From the NCBI GenBank assembly GCA_040290255.1, contig PSMU01000001.1, forward strand, positions 192,001 to 256,000: a DNA stretch of 64,000 bases. Reading direction: 5' to 3'. Each line of letters begins with the position of its first letter. Position 1 is the first letter of the stretch. This DNA is from Nitrososphaerota archaeon (GTDB taxonomy: Archaea > Thermoproteota > Nitrososphaeria > PSMU01). A program made the position numbers and the translations under genes. The notes under the pieces were generated by a model that saw nothing but the letters and a program-made list of their open reading frames with translations, had not been told where the DNA came from and did not search any database. Positions 56,455 to 64,000 of the stretch are shown here, one piece after another.

Positions 56455-56468
56455 CCATCAACAGGACG

Positions 56469-56561
56469 TGCTCCGGGCGGGAGTTCCATGGCGCGCCACT
56501 TTGAACCCGCGATCTGCGGCTCGAAAGGCCGCTATGCTTGACCGGGCTACACCACCGGAGC
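56469..56561 (-). tRNA. tRNA-Glu(TTC) with a 17-nt intron at 59/60
   Basis: Reverse complement GCTCCGG...GCGGC CT TTC GA GCCGC AGATC GCGGG TTCAAA[GTGGCGCGCCATGGAAC]T CCCGC CCGGAGC A. The intron at 56483-56499 forms a BHB. Confidence 0.93.
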
Positions 56562-56639
56562 GGTGGCACGGGCGTCGCGAGGGCTTAAAAGCGTTAAGGC
56601 CTGGCGCAAACGAAATAAGAGCCCCCGCCCACCAAGGGC

Positions 56640-56741
56640 GGGCCCGTAGCTCAGCCTGGCAGAGCGACCGGCTCATAGCCTGCTGGGAGACCGGTCGGTC
56701 GTGGGATCGAAAGGCCTAGCTCGAGGAGCCCACCGGGCCCA
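56640..56741 (+). tRNA. tRNA-CAT, probably Ile2 (agmatidine type), with introns at 37/38 and 59/60
   Basis: GGGCCCG TAGCTCAGCCTGGCAGAGCG ACCGG CTCATA[12 nt]A CCGGT CGGTC GTGGG ATCGAA[16 nt]G CCCAC CGGGCCC A. Introns are at 56678-56689 and 56712-56727. The GGGCCC acceptor stem is Ile-like. Confidence 0.88.
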
Positions 56742-58383
56742 CCTTCTTGAGCTCCTCCTCCAGCGCCGCGAGCTGCCGCTCGCCCCGCCTTAGGCCCGCC
56801 TCGAGCTCCCTCCTGAAGGCCTCGCCCCTTATGAGGCCCTGGCCTCCCCTCCTGAGCAGGGAGATCAGGTCCCTGATGGCCTTCTCCTCCTGGCGCTCCT
56901 GGGCCAGCGCCGCCCTGTAGCCCTTTAGCTCCGGCATCGCCCCCAGGGCCTCCCTGAGCTCCTCGAGCCTCCTCAGCAGCGCCTCACGCCTGGGAGCCAG
57001 CTGGGAGTAGAGCTCCAGCAGCTCGGGGGCCGGGGCGCCCTTGGCCGAGGAGCTAGCCAGCGCGGTGAGGAGCCCACGGTCGAGCTTGGCGCGCTCCTTT
57101 AGCAGCGAGAGCAGGAGCTCGGCCCTTCTCAGGGGGCTCTCCTCCCTTATCACGCGGCCCAGGGCCAGGTGGATGCCCCAGAGGGCCACCAGGATGAGCG
57201 CCCAGAGCCCCTGCAGCTGAGAGGCGGGCGAGGCCAAGCCGGGCTGCAGGAGCAGCGGCGCCGTCTCCATAACGGCGAGCGGCGAGAGCCCCTGTAGCGA
57301 GAGGCCCGCGGAGCGCGAGGCCCAGGCCGGGGCTACGGCCAACGTGAAGTTATCGACGATGCCCTGCACGGGGCTAAAGGCCAGCCCCTTGGCGCTAAAG
57401 CCCCAGGGCGTGGGCGTGAAGAGCGAGGGCGAGTAATAGTGGAGGGTCAGCCGCTCGCTGCTGCCCGGCGCTATGCTTCTGCCCAGCGCTGCCAGGTCCA
57501 GCTCCCCCTGGGTGAGCGAGGCGGAGGCCGAGGAGCCGGGGATGGGGCCCGGGGGCGCCGGCAGGTAAAGCGTCGCCACGTCCGGCGGGAGGTTAAGAGG
57601 GAGGCTGGTGAGCGTGGTCCCGCCGAGGTTTTGGATCAGGATCACATCCTCGATGAAGGGCTGCGCGGTGCCGTTGAGCTGCACCTTCCTTATCACCTCA
57701 GGAAAGCGCAGCGCGCTCAGGCGCGCGCCGCTTCCCAGCTGCAGCGTAAGGTTGTAGAGCCTGGGCTCAAGGAGCCTCGCGGCCCCCGTTGAGTTCGAGT
57801 ACACGCTGCCCGAGGGCAGCTGGCTCACCTTCGTGAAGTTGACGCCGAGCGCGCTCACGCCCTGGGGCAGGGCCAGGGAGAGCGTAAAGTTCCTCAGCTC
57901 CAGGCCCGGGGAGAGGGAGGGCAGCGGCAGCGCTAGGCTCATGTTCTGCCCGCCCAGGGGGCGCAGCAGCCCCCCTGCCCCCCTAAGGAAGAAGCTCAGG
58001 CTCACGGACTCATTGGCCGAGGGGGGGAGCAGCCCCGGCCCCGGCCGAAGCGCTATGGGGCCCCCCGCTTGGGCGCTCACGTTAACGGGCACGGGCCCTC
58101 GCACGCTGAACGACCAGCTCAGGGGGCCGGGCGGCAGGGCGGCGCTGAAGGCCTCAGGAAGGCGCAGCTCCAGCGAGGGAATGGGGGCGGACGCGTTCGA
58201 GGGGGCCAGAAAGGCCATCGTCACGTTCAGGCGCACGAAGCCGGTGGGCAGCACCTGGTAGGCCAGGGTGAGCGAGACGCCGGGTTCGCCGCCCTGGGCG
58301 GAGGCGGGGGCCAGCAGCGCGAGGAGCAGCAGCAAGGAAAGGAGGGGAGAGCAGCGGGCCACGCCGCCCCTTTGCGCCCTCAT
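56716..58383 (-). CDS. Type I membrane glycoprotein, ribophorin I (OST1)-like architecture
   Basis: Signal peptide, two beta-rich extracellular domains with many N-x-S/T sequons, a single TM (LWALILVALWGIHLAL), and a helical cytoplasmic C-terminal domain. Confidence 0.5.
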   Translation of the reverse strand: MRAQRGGVARCSPLLSLLLLLALLAPASAQGGEPGVSLTLAYQVLPTGFVRLNVTMAFLAPSNASAPIPSLELRLPEAFSAALPPGPLSWSFSVRGPVPVNVSAQAGGPIALRPGPGLLPPSANESVSLSFFLRGAGGLLRPLGGQNMSLALPLPSLSPGLELRNFTLSLALPQGVSALGVNFTKVSQLPSGSVYSNSTGAARLLEPRLYNLTLQLGSGARLSALRFPEVIRKVQLNGTAQPFIEDVILIQNLGGTTLTSLPLNLPPDVATLYLPAPPGPIPGSSASASLTQGELDLAALGRSIAPGSSERLTLHYYSPSLFTPTPWGFSAKGLAFSPVQGIVDNFTLAVAPAWASRSAGLSLQGLSPLAVMETAPLLLQPGLASPASQLQGLWALILVALWGIHLALGRVIREESPLRRAELLLSLLKERAKLDRGLLTALASSSAKGAPAPELLELYSQLAPRREALLRRLEELREALGAMPELKGYRAALAQERQEEKAIRDLISLLRRGGQGLIRGEAFRRELEAGLRRGERQLAALEEELKKVGPVGSSS

Positions 58384-58390
58384 AATTAAG

Positions 58391-59902
58391 CTAGCCCTCC
58401 GCCTTGGGCTCGAGGGCCCTGAGCTGCCTCCAGGTGACGCAGAGCGTGAGCGGGTGCGAGGCCCTCACCTCATCCACCCTTTGGGCCGCGGCGTTATGAG
58501 GGGCCCTGCGAAGGGTTGAGGCCCTCTCCTTACAGGCGGCGATCAGGGCCTCCGCGAAGGCGTCCAGCTCCTCCTTTGTGGCCGACTCCGTGGGCTCTAT
58601 CATGAGGGCCTCCTCCACGATCTGCGGGAAGTACACGGTGGGCGCGTGGTGGCCGTAGTCCAGCAGCCTCTTGGCCAGGTCCCAGGCCCTGACCCCCCTC
58701 TTCCTGAGCCTGGCGCTGGGCGCTATTACGAACTCGTGCTTCCTGTGCTTCTCGGGCCTGTAGGGAAGCTCGAAGTAGCCGGACCGAAGCAGCCTCCTGA
58801 GCAGGTAGTTGGAGTGCAGGACCGAGAGCTCGGCGACCCTCCTTAGCCCCGCCGCGCCCAGCGATAGGATATACGCATAGGCCCTGACGAGCACGGGGAT
58901 CTGGCCGTAAAAGGCCCTCGCCCTCCCTATGCTCAGCGGCCGATCGTAATCCAGGAAGTAGCGCCTCCCGTCGAAGGCTATCAGAGGCGCGGGCAGATAG
59001 GGCTCGAGCTGGGCGCTCACCCCTAGGGGCCCCGCGCCAGGCCCCCCTCCTCCATGAGGGGTCGAGAAGGTCTTGTGCAGGTTCACGTGCACGATATCGA
59101 AGCCCATGTCGGCCGGGCGGGCGATGCCCAGGAGGCTGTTAAGGTTCGCCCCATCGTAATAAAGCAGCCCGCCCGCCTCATGTATTATATCGGCTATCTC
59201 CGAGATCCTCCGCTCGAAGATCCCCAACGTGTTCGGGTTCGTGAGCATGAGCCCCGCCGTCCTGGGGCCCACGGCCGCCTTCAGGGCCTCCACGTCCACG
59301 CAGCCCTCCTCATCCGAGCGAATGACCCTGACCCTGAACCCCGCGAGGCTCGCGCTCGCGAAGTTCGAGCCGTGCGCGCTATCGGGCACCAGGACCTCCT
59401 GCCTCTCCTCTCCCCTCCTCCTGAAGAAGGCCCTCATGATGCTCACGCCGCAGAACTCGCCGCTGGAGCCCGCGGGGGGCTGGAGCGAGAAGCGCGCCAT
59501 GCCCGTGATCTCGCACAGCATCTGCTCCAGCTCATAAAGGAGCGCCAGCAGCCCCTGCACGCTCTCCTCCGCCTGATAGGGGTGAAGCTCCCGCAGCGCC
59601 TCCAGCGCTGCCAGCGCATCGTTCACCTTCGGGTTGTACTTCATCGTGCAGCTGCCGAGCGGGTAGAAGCCTAGGTCGACGCCGTAGCTCTGCTGGGAGA
59701 GGCGCGTGAAGTGGCGCACGACCTCGTGCTGGCTCAGGGAGGGGAGAGGAAGCTCCTCCCGCCTCAGCCCCGAGAGCTCCCGCTCGACCCCCTTGAGCGC
59801 CTCGCGCTCCTGAGGCGTGAGCTCCGGCAGCAGGAGGCCTATCTTGCCCGTGCCGCTGCGCTCGATCAGCAGGGGCTCCTCCCAGCGGGCCTGCCTAAAC
59901 AT
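58391..59902 (-). CDS. gcvPB: Glycine dehydrogenase (decarboxylating) subunit 2
   Basis: YPLGSCTMKYNP, SAHGSN, YYDGAN, NLHKTFSTPHGGGGPG and MIEPTES motifs. Confidence 0.96.
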   Translation of the reverse strand: MFRQARWEEPLLIERSGTGKIGLLLPELTPQEREALKGVERELSGLRREELPLPSLSQHEVVRHFTRLSQQSYGVDLGFYPLGSCTMKYNPKVNDALAALEALRELHPYQAEESVQGLLALLYELEQMLCEITGMARFSLQPPAGSSGEFCGVSIMRAFFRRRGEERQEVLVPDSAHGSNFASASLAGFRVRVIRSDEEGCVDVEALKAAVGPRTAGLMLTNPNTLGIFERRISEIADIIHEAGGLLYYDGANLNSLLGIARPADMGFDIVHVNLHKTFSTPHGGGGPGAGPLGVSAQLEPYLPAPLIAFDGRRYFLDYDRPLSIGRARAFYGQIPVLVRAYAYILSLGAAGLRRVAELSVLHSNYLLRRLLRSGYFELPYRPEKHRKHEFVIAPSARLRKRGVRAWDLAKRLLDYGHHAPTVYFPQIVEEALMIEPTESATKEELDAFAEALIAACKERASTLRRAPHNAAAQRVDEVRASHPLTLCVTWRQLRALEPKAEG

Positions 59903-61277
59903 GGCGCAGCGCCCCCTCGAGGGCCTTGCAGAGCTCATCTATGTCCTGCACCTCATGCACCTCCGTGACGCAGAAGAGGCCGGCCTCGCCCAGCTCGGGG
60001 TACAGGTGCGCCAGCGGGAGCCCCGCCTCGAAGCCCGCCTCGTTCAGCGTACGCCTCACCCGCGCGGCGCTGCCGCGCTCATATCCCACAGCGAAGTCCT
60101 TGAAGTGGGGAGCGCGAAAGAGCGGCGCCCTGAGCCCCTCGATGCCGGCCATCCGGCCCAACGCATAGGAGGTCCTGGCGAGGATGAGCTCGGCTAACCT
60201 GCGCAGCCCCTCCCTTCCCAGCAGGGCCAGGTAGGCCGCGGCGGCTATGGCGTAGAGGGCCTGGTTGGTCGTGATGTTCGAGGTGGCCCTCTCGCGCCTA
60301 ATGTGCTGCTCCCTGGCCTGCAGGACGAGCGTGAAGGCGCGCCGACCCCCTGCATCCAGCGTGGCGCCCACGATCCTGCCCGGCATCTGCCTGAGCAGCT
60401 CCTGGCCGCGGCAGGCCATAAGGCCGAGCAGCGCGCCGCCGTAGTACATGCCCAGCCCCAGGGGTTGCCCCTCGCCCACGGCGATGTCGGCCCCCAGCTC
60501 GCCGGGGGGCTTCAGCAGCGCCAGCGAGAGCGGCTCGAAGCCCATCACGTAAAGCGCCCCCCTGGCATGGGCGAGCTCGCCCACTTCGCGCGGGTTCCTC
60601 GCGATGAACCCCAGAAAGCTGGGGCTCTCCAGGTAGACGAAGGCCGTATCGGCATCGAGCTTAGAGGCCAGGTCCTCCAGGTCCGCGGCGCCATCGGCCC
60701 GCCATCCGTACTCGTGCACGCTCATGCCCAGGGGCTCCGCATAGAGCTCGAGCACCCGCCTCCTCTCGGGCCCCATATAGCGGGGCACGAGGGCCTTCCT
60801 GCGCCTGGTGTGCCTATAGGCCATGCGCGCCGCCTCCCCCAGCGCGGAGGCCCAGTCGTACAGCGAGGAGTTAGCGTACTCCATGCCCGTGAGCTCGCAG
60901 ATCAGGCTCTGGTACTCGAAGAGCGCCTGAAGCAGGCCCTGGCTCACCTCCGCCTGATAGGGCGTGTAGGAGGTGAGAAATTCGCCCCTGGCGATGATCT
61001 GCTCCACCACGGCGGGCACGTAGTGCGGCCAGCAGCCCGCGCCCAGGAAGAGCCTGCGCCCAAATGCCCTTGTCCCCTTTAATCGGTCCTCGACCCTTCT
61101 CCTAACCTCCAGCTCGCTCAGCGGGCCCGGCAGGGCCAGGGGCCTCCTGAGCCTGACGCGCTCCGGTATATCTTGGAAGAGCTGCTCGAGCGAGCGGAGC
61201 CCCAGCTCGCGTAGCATGAGCTCCACCAGCTTCGGGTCGGAGGTGGGGAGGTAGGGATGGAGGAACTCGCGCTCCAC
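59895..61277 (-). CDS. gcvPA: Glycine dehydrogenase (decarboxylating) subunit 1
   Basis: FLGAG, EFLTSYTPYQAEVSQG.LQALFEYQ and REQHIRRERATSNI motifs. Confidence 0.96.
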   Translation of the reverse strand: MEREFLHPYLPTSDPKLVELMLRELGLRSLEQLFQDIPERVRLRRPLALPGPLSELEVRRRVEDRLKGTRAFGRRLFLGAGCWPHYVPAVVEQIIARGEFLTSYTPYQAEVSQGLLQALFEYQSLICELTGMEYANSSLYDWASALGEAARMAYRHTRRRKALVPRYMGPERRRVLELYAEPLGMSVHEYGWRADGAADLEDLASKLDADTAFVYLESPSFLGFIARNPREVGELAHARGALYVMGFEPLSLALLKPPGELGADIAVGEGQPLGLGMYYGGALLGLMACRGQELLRQMPGRIVGATLDAGGRRAFTLVLQAREQHIRRERATSNITTNQALYAIAAAAYLALLGREGLRRLAELILARTSYALGRMAGIEGLRAPLFRAPHFKDFAVGYERGSAARVRRTLNEAGFEAGLPLAHLYPELGEAGLFCVTEVHEVQDIDELCKALEGALRHV

Positions 61278-61331
61278 GCGCCGCGTACCCCGCTGAACTT
61301 TAAAAGGTAGCCCACCCCGTCGGAAAGGGCC

Positions 61332-62627
61332 TTGCCCAGGGTCTGGGTGGAGAGCTACGGGTGCAGCGCCAACTTGGCCGACGCCGAGATCATGATGGGC
61401 CTGCTGCGCGAAAGGGGCTATGAGCTGGCCTCGAGCCCCGCCGAGGCGGACCTGAACATGATCGTGACCTGCAGCGTGAAGAACGCCACCGCGAGCCGCA
61501 TGATTACCCGCATCAACGAGCTCACACGCACCCGCCGGCCCCTGATCGTCGCCGGCTGCCTGGCCAAGGCGGAGCCCGAGCTCGTGGCCAGGCTCAATCC
61601 CAGGGCCTCGCTGCTCGGCCCCAGGACGGTGCAGCGCGTGGGCGAGGTGGCCGACCTCACGAGGGCGGGCTATAAGGTAGTGGCGCTCGAGGCGCTCGCC
61701 GAGCCCAAGGTCTGCCTGCCGAGGGTCAGGACCAACCCCGTCGTGGCCATCGTCGAGATCTTGAGCGGGTGCCTGAGCAGGTGCAGCTTCTGCCAGACCA
61801 AGCTGGCCCGGGGCGACCTCGTCAGCTACTCGCCCGAGCTGATCGTCAGGGAGGTGGAGATGGCCGTGAGGGAGGGATGCAGGGAGATCTGGCTGACCTC
61901 CCAGGATAACTCGTGCTATGGCAGGGACATCGGCACGAACCTAGCGGAGCTCCTCGAAAGGGTCTGCCGCGTGGAGGGCGACTTCATGGTGAGGGTAGGC
62001 ATGATGAACCCCCTTCATCTGAGGCGCTTTCTGGGCGAGCTGATAGAGGCCTTTAAGCACGATAAGGTCTACAAGTTCCTACATCTCCCCGTGCAGACGG
62101 GCAGCGACCGCCTGCTCAGGCTCATGAGGAGGGGCTATACGGTCGATGAGTTTCGCGAGTATGTCAGGGCCTTTAGGAGGGAGATACCGCAGATCACGCT
62201 GGCCACCGACATCATCGCCGGCTTCCCCACCGAGGCCGAGGAGGACGTAGCGCTGACGGTCGAGCTGCTGGAGGAGGTGCAGCCCGACGTGGTCAACCTC
62301 TCCTCCTACTCGGCCAGGCCCCACACGGACGCGGCGCTGCTGCCCCAGCTGCCCAGGGAGGAGGTGAAGAGGAGGACCCGGTTCCTGGCCGAGGTCGCGG
62401 GCCGCGTGATGCTGGAGAGAAATAGGAGGTGGCTGGGATGGCGGGGCAGGGCGCTCGTGGAGGAGAGGGTTGAGGGGGCCTTCGTGGCGAGGAATTTTGC
62501 GTACAGGCCCATCATCGTCAAGGCGGAAGCTGCCCTGGGCCAAGAGGTGGAGGTGAGCATAGCGCGCGTCACGGCCCACTGCCTTTATGATGAAGGGGCC
62601 GCTTCGGGCACTGGTGAAATTAATTAG
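61332..62627 (+). CDS. mtaB: tRNA t6A methylthiotransferase (MtaB/CDKAL1-type radical SAM)
   Basis: SYGCSAN.AD.E, TC.V, AGC, GCLSRCSFC...ARG, GMMNP and TDIIAGFPTE motifs, with a C-terminal TRAM domain. Confidence 0.92.
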   Translation: MPRVWVESYGCSANLADAEIMMGLLRERGYELASSPAEADLNMIVTCSVKNATASRMITRINELTRTRRPLIVAGCLAKAEPELVARLNPRASLLGPRTVQRVGEVADLTRAGYKVVALEALAEPKVCLPRVRTNPVVAIVEILSGCLSRCSFCQTKLARGDLVSYSPELIVREVEMAVREGCREIWLTSQDNSCYGRDIGTNLAELLERVCRVEGDFMVRVGMMNPLHLRRFLGELIEAFKHDKVYKFLHLPVQTGSDRLLRLMRRGYTVDEFREYVRAFRREIPQITLATDIIAGFPTEAEEDVALTVELLEEVQPDVVNLSSYSARPHTDAALLPQLPREEVKRRTRFLAEVAGRVMLERNRRWLGWRGRALVEERVEGAFVARNFAYRPIIVKAEAALGQEVEVSIARVTAHCLYDEGAASGTGEIN

Positions 62628-62695
62628 GTGAGGTGTGAGCGAAAAATTAAGCCCCACGCCTTATAAGCCTCCGCCCGGCCTGGCGGCCTTGCGAT

Positions 62696-63565
62696 ATGGC
62701 TGATGCTGAGCTTGGGCTGATGGCCGTCGGCGAGCTGGCGACCCGCGCGGCCGACCGGCTGGGAAGCGATTCATACCCGGTCATGAGGGGGCTGCCCCAG
62801 CTGAGCGCCTGGGGCCAAAGCCCGGCGCAGCTGCGCCGCGGGCTTCTTTCTAGGAGGGAGGAGATAGTCCGGGGCCTTTCCGAGTTCAGGAGGGTGGTGC
62901 TGCTGGCCGACCTGAGCTCCACGCTGGGCGCCTCGCTCACGCCCTCGCTCGTGGGCCTGCTGGAGGGCAGGCTCAGGGGGGCGTGGGTGGTGCTGCCGGG
63001 GCCCCGGGAGGGGATGAGGACCTTCCTGGCCGGCACGGCCTTGGGCCGGCTGCTGGCCCAGGGCGCGCCCATCCTCGTGACGGAGAGGGCGAACCTGATG
63101 GACGGCTTCTGGTCCTCCCCGGCGGAGGTTGCCCTGGAGCACCTGACGGCCCGCATGGCACACATCGTCAAGGAGGTGTCGCTGCCCTACCTGATGGCCC
63201 AGCAGCGCGGCACCTTCCTGATGGTAGTAGGCTCCTCCCAGGAGCCCGAGGAGGCCCTGGCGAACTTGGCGCTGAAGGTGCAGGGCTCGGCGAGCTCGGG
63301 CGCGGAGGGCATCGTGCTGGCCCCCGGCGATAAATCGCTGGCCGCGCTGGAGGCGCTCGTGCAGGAGGCCCAGGCGGTGCTTAGGGTTTCGCTGAGCTAT
63401 AAGCTGGCCAAGCTCGAGGAGACGATCGCGGTGCTCGTCTGTCCGCTGGAGGCCCAGGCGGTGCTTAGGACCTATGACCCCCTGAGCGGGCTGAAGCAGC
63501 TGGACGATGAGCCCAGCGTGGCGTTACCGGAGGAGGCGGAGCTGGGGCTCCCCTATGTTCCCTAG
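62696..63565 (+). CDS. Highly degenerate FtsZ/tubulin-superfamily protein (thaumarchaeal FtsZ-like)
   Basis: LGLMAVGELATRAADRL matches the T1 region. VVLLADLSSTLGASLTP sits where GMGGGTGTGAAP belongs. VVLP..REG..TF.AG.AL..L matches VTxPFxFEG. C-terminal YDPL motif. Confidence 0.6.
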   Translation: MADAELGLMAVGELATRAADRLGSDSYPVMRGLPQLSAWGQSPAQLRRGLLSRREEIVRGLSEFRRVVLLADLSSTLGASLTPSLVGLLEGRLRGAWVVLPGPREGMRTFLAGTALGRLLAQGAPILVTERANLMDGFWSSPAEVALEHLTARMAHIVKEVSLPYLMAQQRGTFLMVVGSSQEPEEALANLALKVQGSASSGAEGIVLAPGDKSLAALEALVQEAQAVLRVSLSYKLAKLEETIAVLVCPLEAQAVLRTYDPLSGLKQLDDEPSVALPEEAELGLPYVP

Positions 63566-64000
63566 CCCAGCTTGGCCTTAAGCCCCTCTATCTCGTCGCG
63601 CTCTATCCTTCTAAATAGCGGATAGGCCTCGGCTATCCTGTGGCCCGGCGGGATAAGGGGCGAAGAGGCGCTCTCCCAGGGGCCCTTGCCCACTTCGCCT
63701 TTAAGCCCCAAGAGGCGCCAGAGCCGCTCGGCGGAGGAGGGAATGAAGGGATACAGCAGGATGGCCAGGCTCCTGAGCGTGTTCGCTCCCACCCACAGCG
63801 CGGCCCGGTAGCCCTCGCGCCTGGCCCAGGGCGCCTTGGCCTGCAGGTAGGCGTTGCAGAACCTCGAGAAGTCCATCGCCTCCCTGAGCGCGGCATCGAA
63901 CCTCCCCTCCTGAAGCCTTTCGCCGCAGGCCCGGCACGCCTGCGCCATGCGCTTCAGCGCCCCCTCATCCTCCTGCGATAAGGTCCCGGGCTCGGGCACC
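63562..64000 (-). CDS. metG: Methionyl-tRNA synthetase, C-terminal anticodon-binding domain (5' part outside the window)
   Basis: F..AL..........N.YLQ..APW, LAILLYPFIP..AE.LW and PLFRRIE motifs. Confidence 0.88.
   Translation of the reverse strand, partial: VPEPGTLSQEDEGALKRMAQACRACGERLQEGRFDAALREAMDFSRFCNAYLQAKAPWARREGYRAALWVGANTLRSLAILLYPFIPSSAERLWRLLGLKGEVGKGPWESASSPLIPPGHRIAEAYPLFRRIERDEIEGLKAKLG

Noticed and set aside
1-64000. CRISPR array, integrase/transposase or att duplication at the tRNAs
   Set aside because: No regularly spaced direct repeats, no recombinase motifs and no duplicated tRNA 3' ends were seen by eye.

Overview
High-GC, very gene-dense archaeal chromosome segment. The most likely source is a deep-branching member of the TACK/Nitrososphaeria (Thaumarchaeota-related) lineage, inferred from the degenerate thaumarchaeal-type FtsZ, the TFE, the 2M complex I and the multi-intron tRNAs. 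In order, the window holds: a decaying lower-GC patch of gene remnants (1.1-3.2 kb); an amino-acid/lactam catabolic neighbourhood (APC permeases, metallophosphoesterase, Moco oxidoreductase, truncated pcp, hydantoinase/oxoprolinase A+B, M20 peptidase); a 1010-aa repeat-containing surface protein; a pst/phoU locus; HD-PAC2-Hsp20; a NitT/TauT ABC system; TFE; gcvH/T; cofE; thiamine/PLP genes; class II lysS; the KEOPS/rps15/rps3ae cluster; a split complex I locus with two NuoM and no nuoD/EFG; ctaB; bcp; gcvPA/PB; mtaB; an FtsZ-like gene; and the 3' end of metG. Four tRNAs were read by eye, three of them carrying five BHB-type introns, four at non-canonical positions. The most notable signals are: candidate eukaryote-like oligosaccharyltransferase accessory subunits (OSTC/OST3-6-like at 30463-30852, ribophorin-I-like at 56716-58383); a 2M complex I with an extended NuoL helix and a degenerate extra NuoM; and protein-coding frames that terminate inside tRNA genes. 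All family assignments come from motif recognition by eye; no database search was run.
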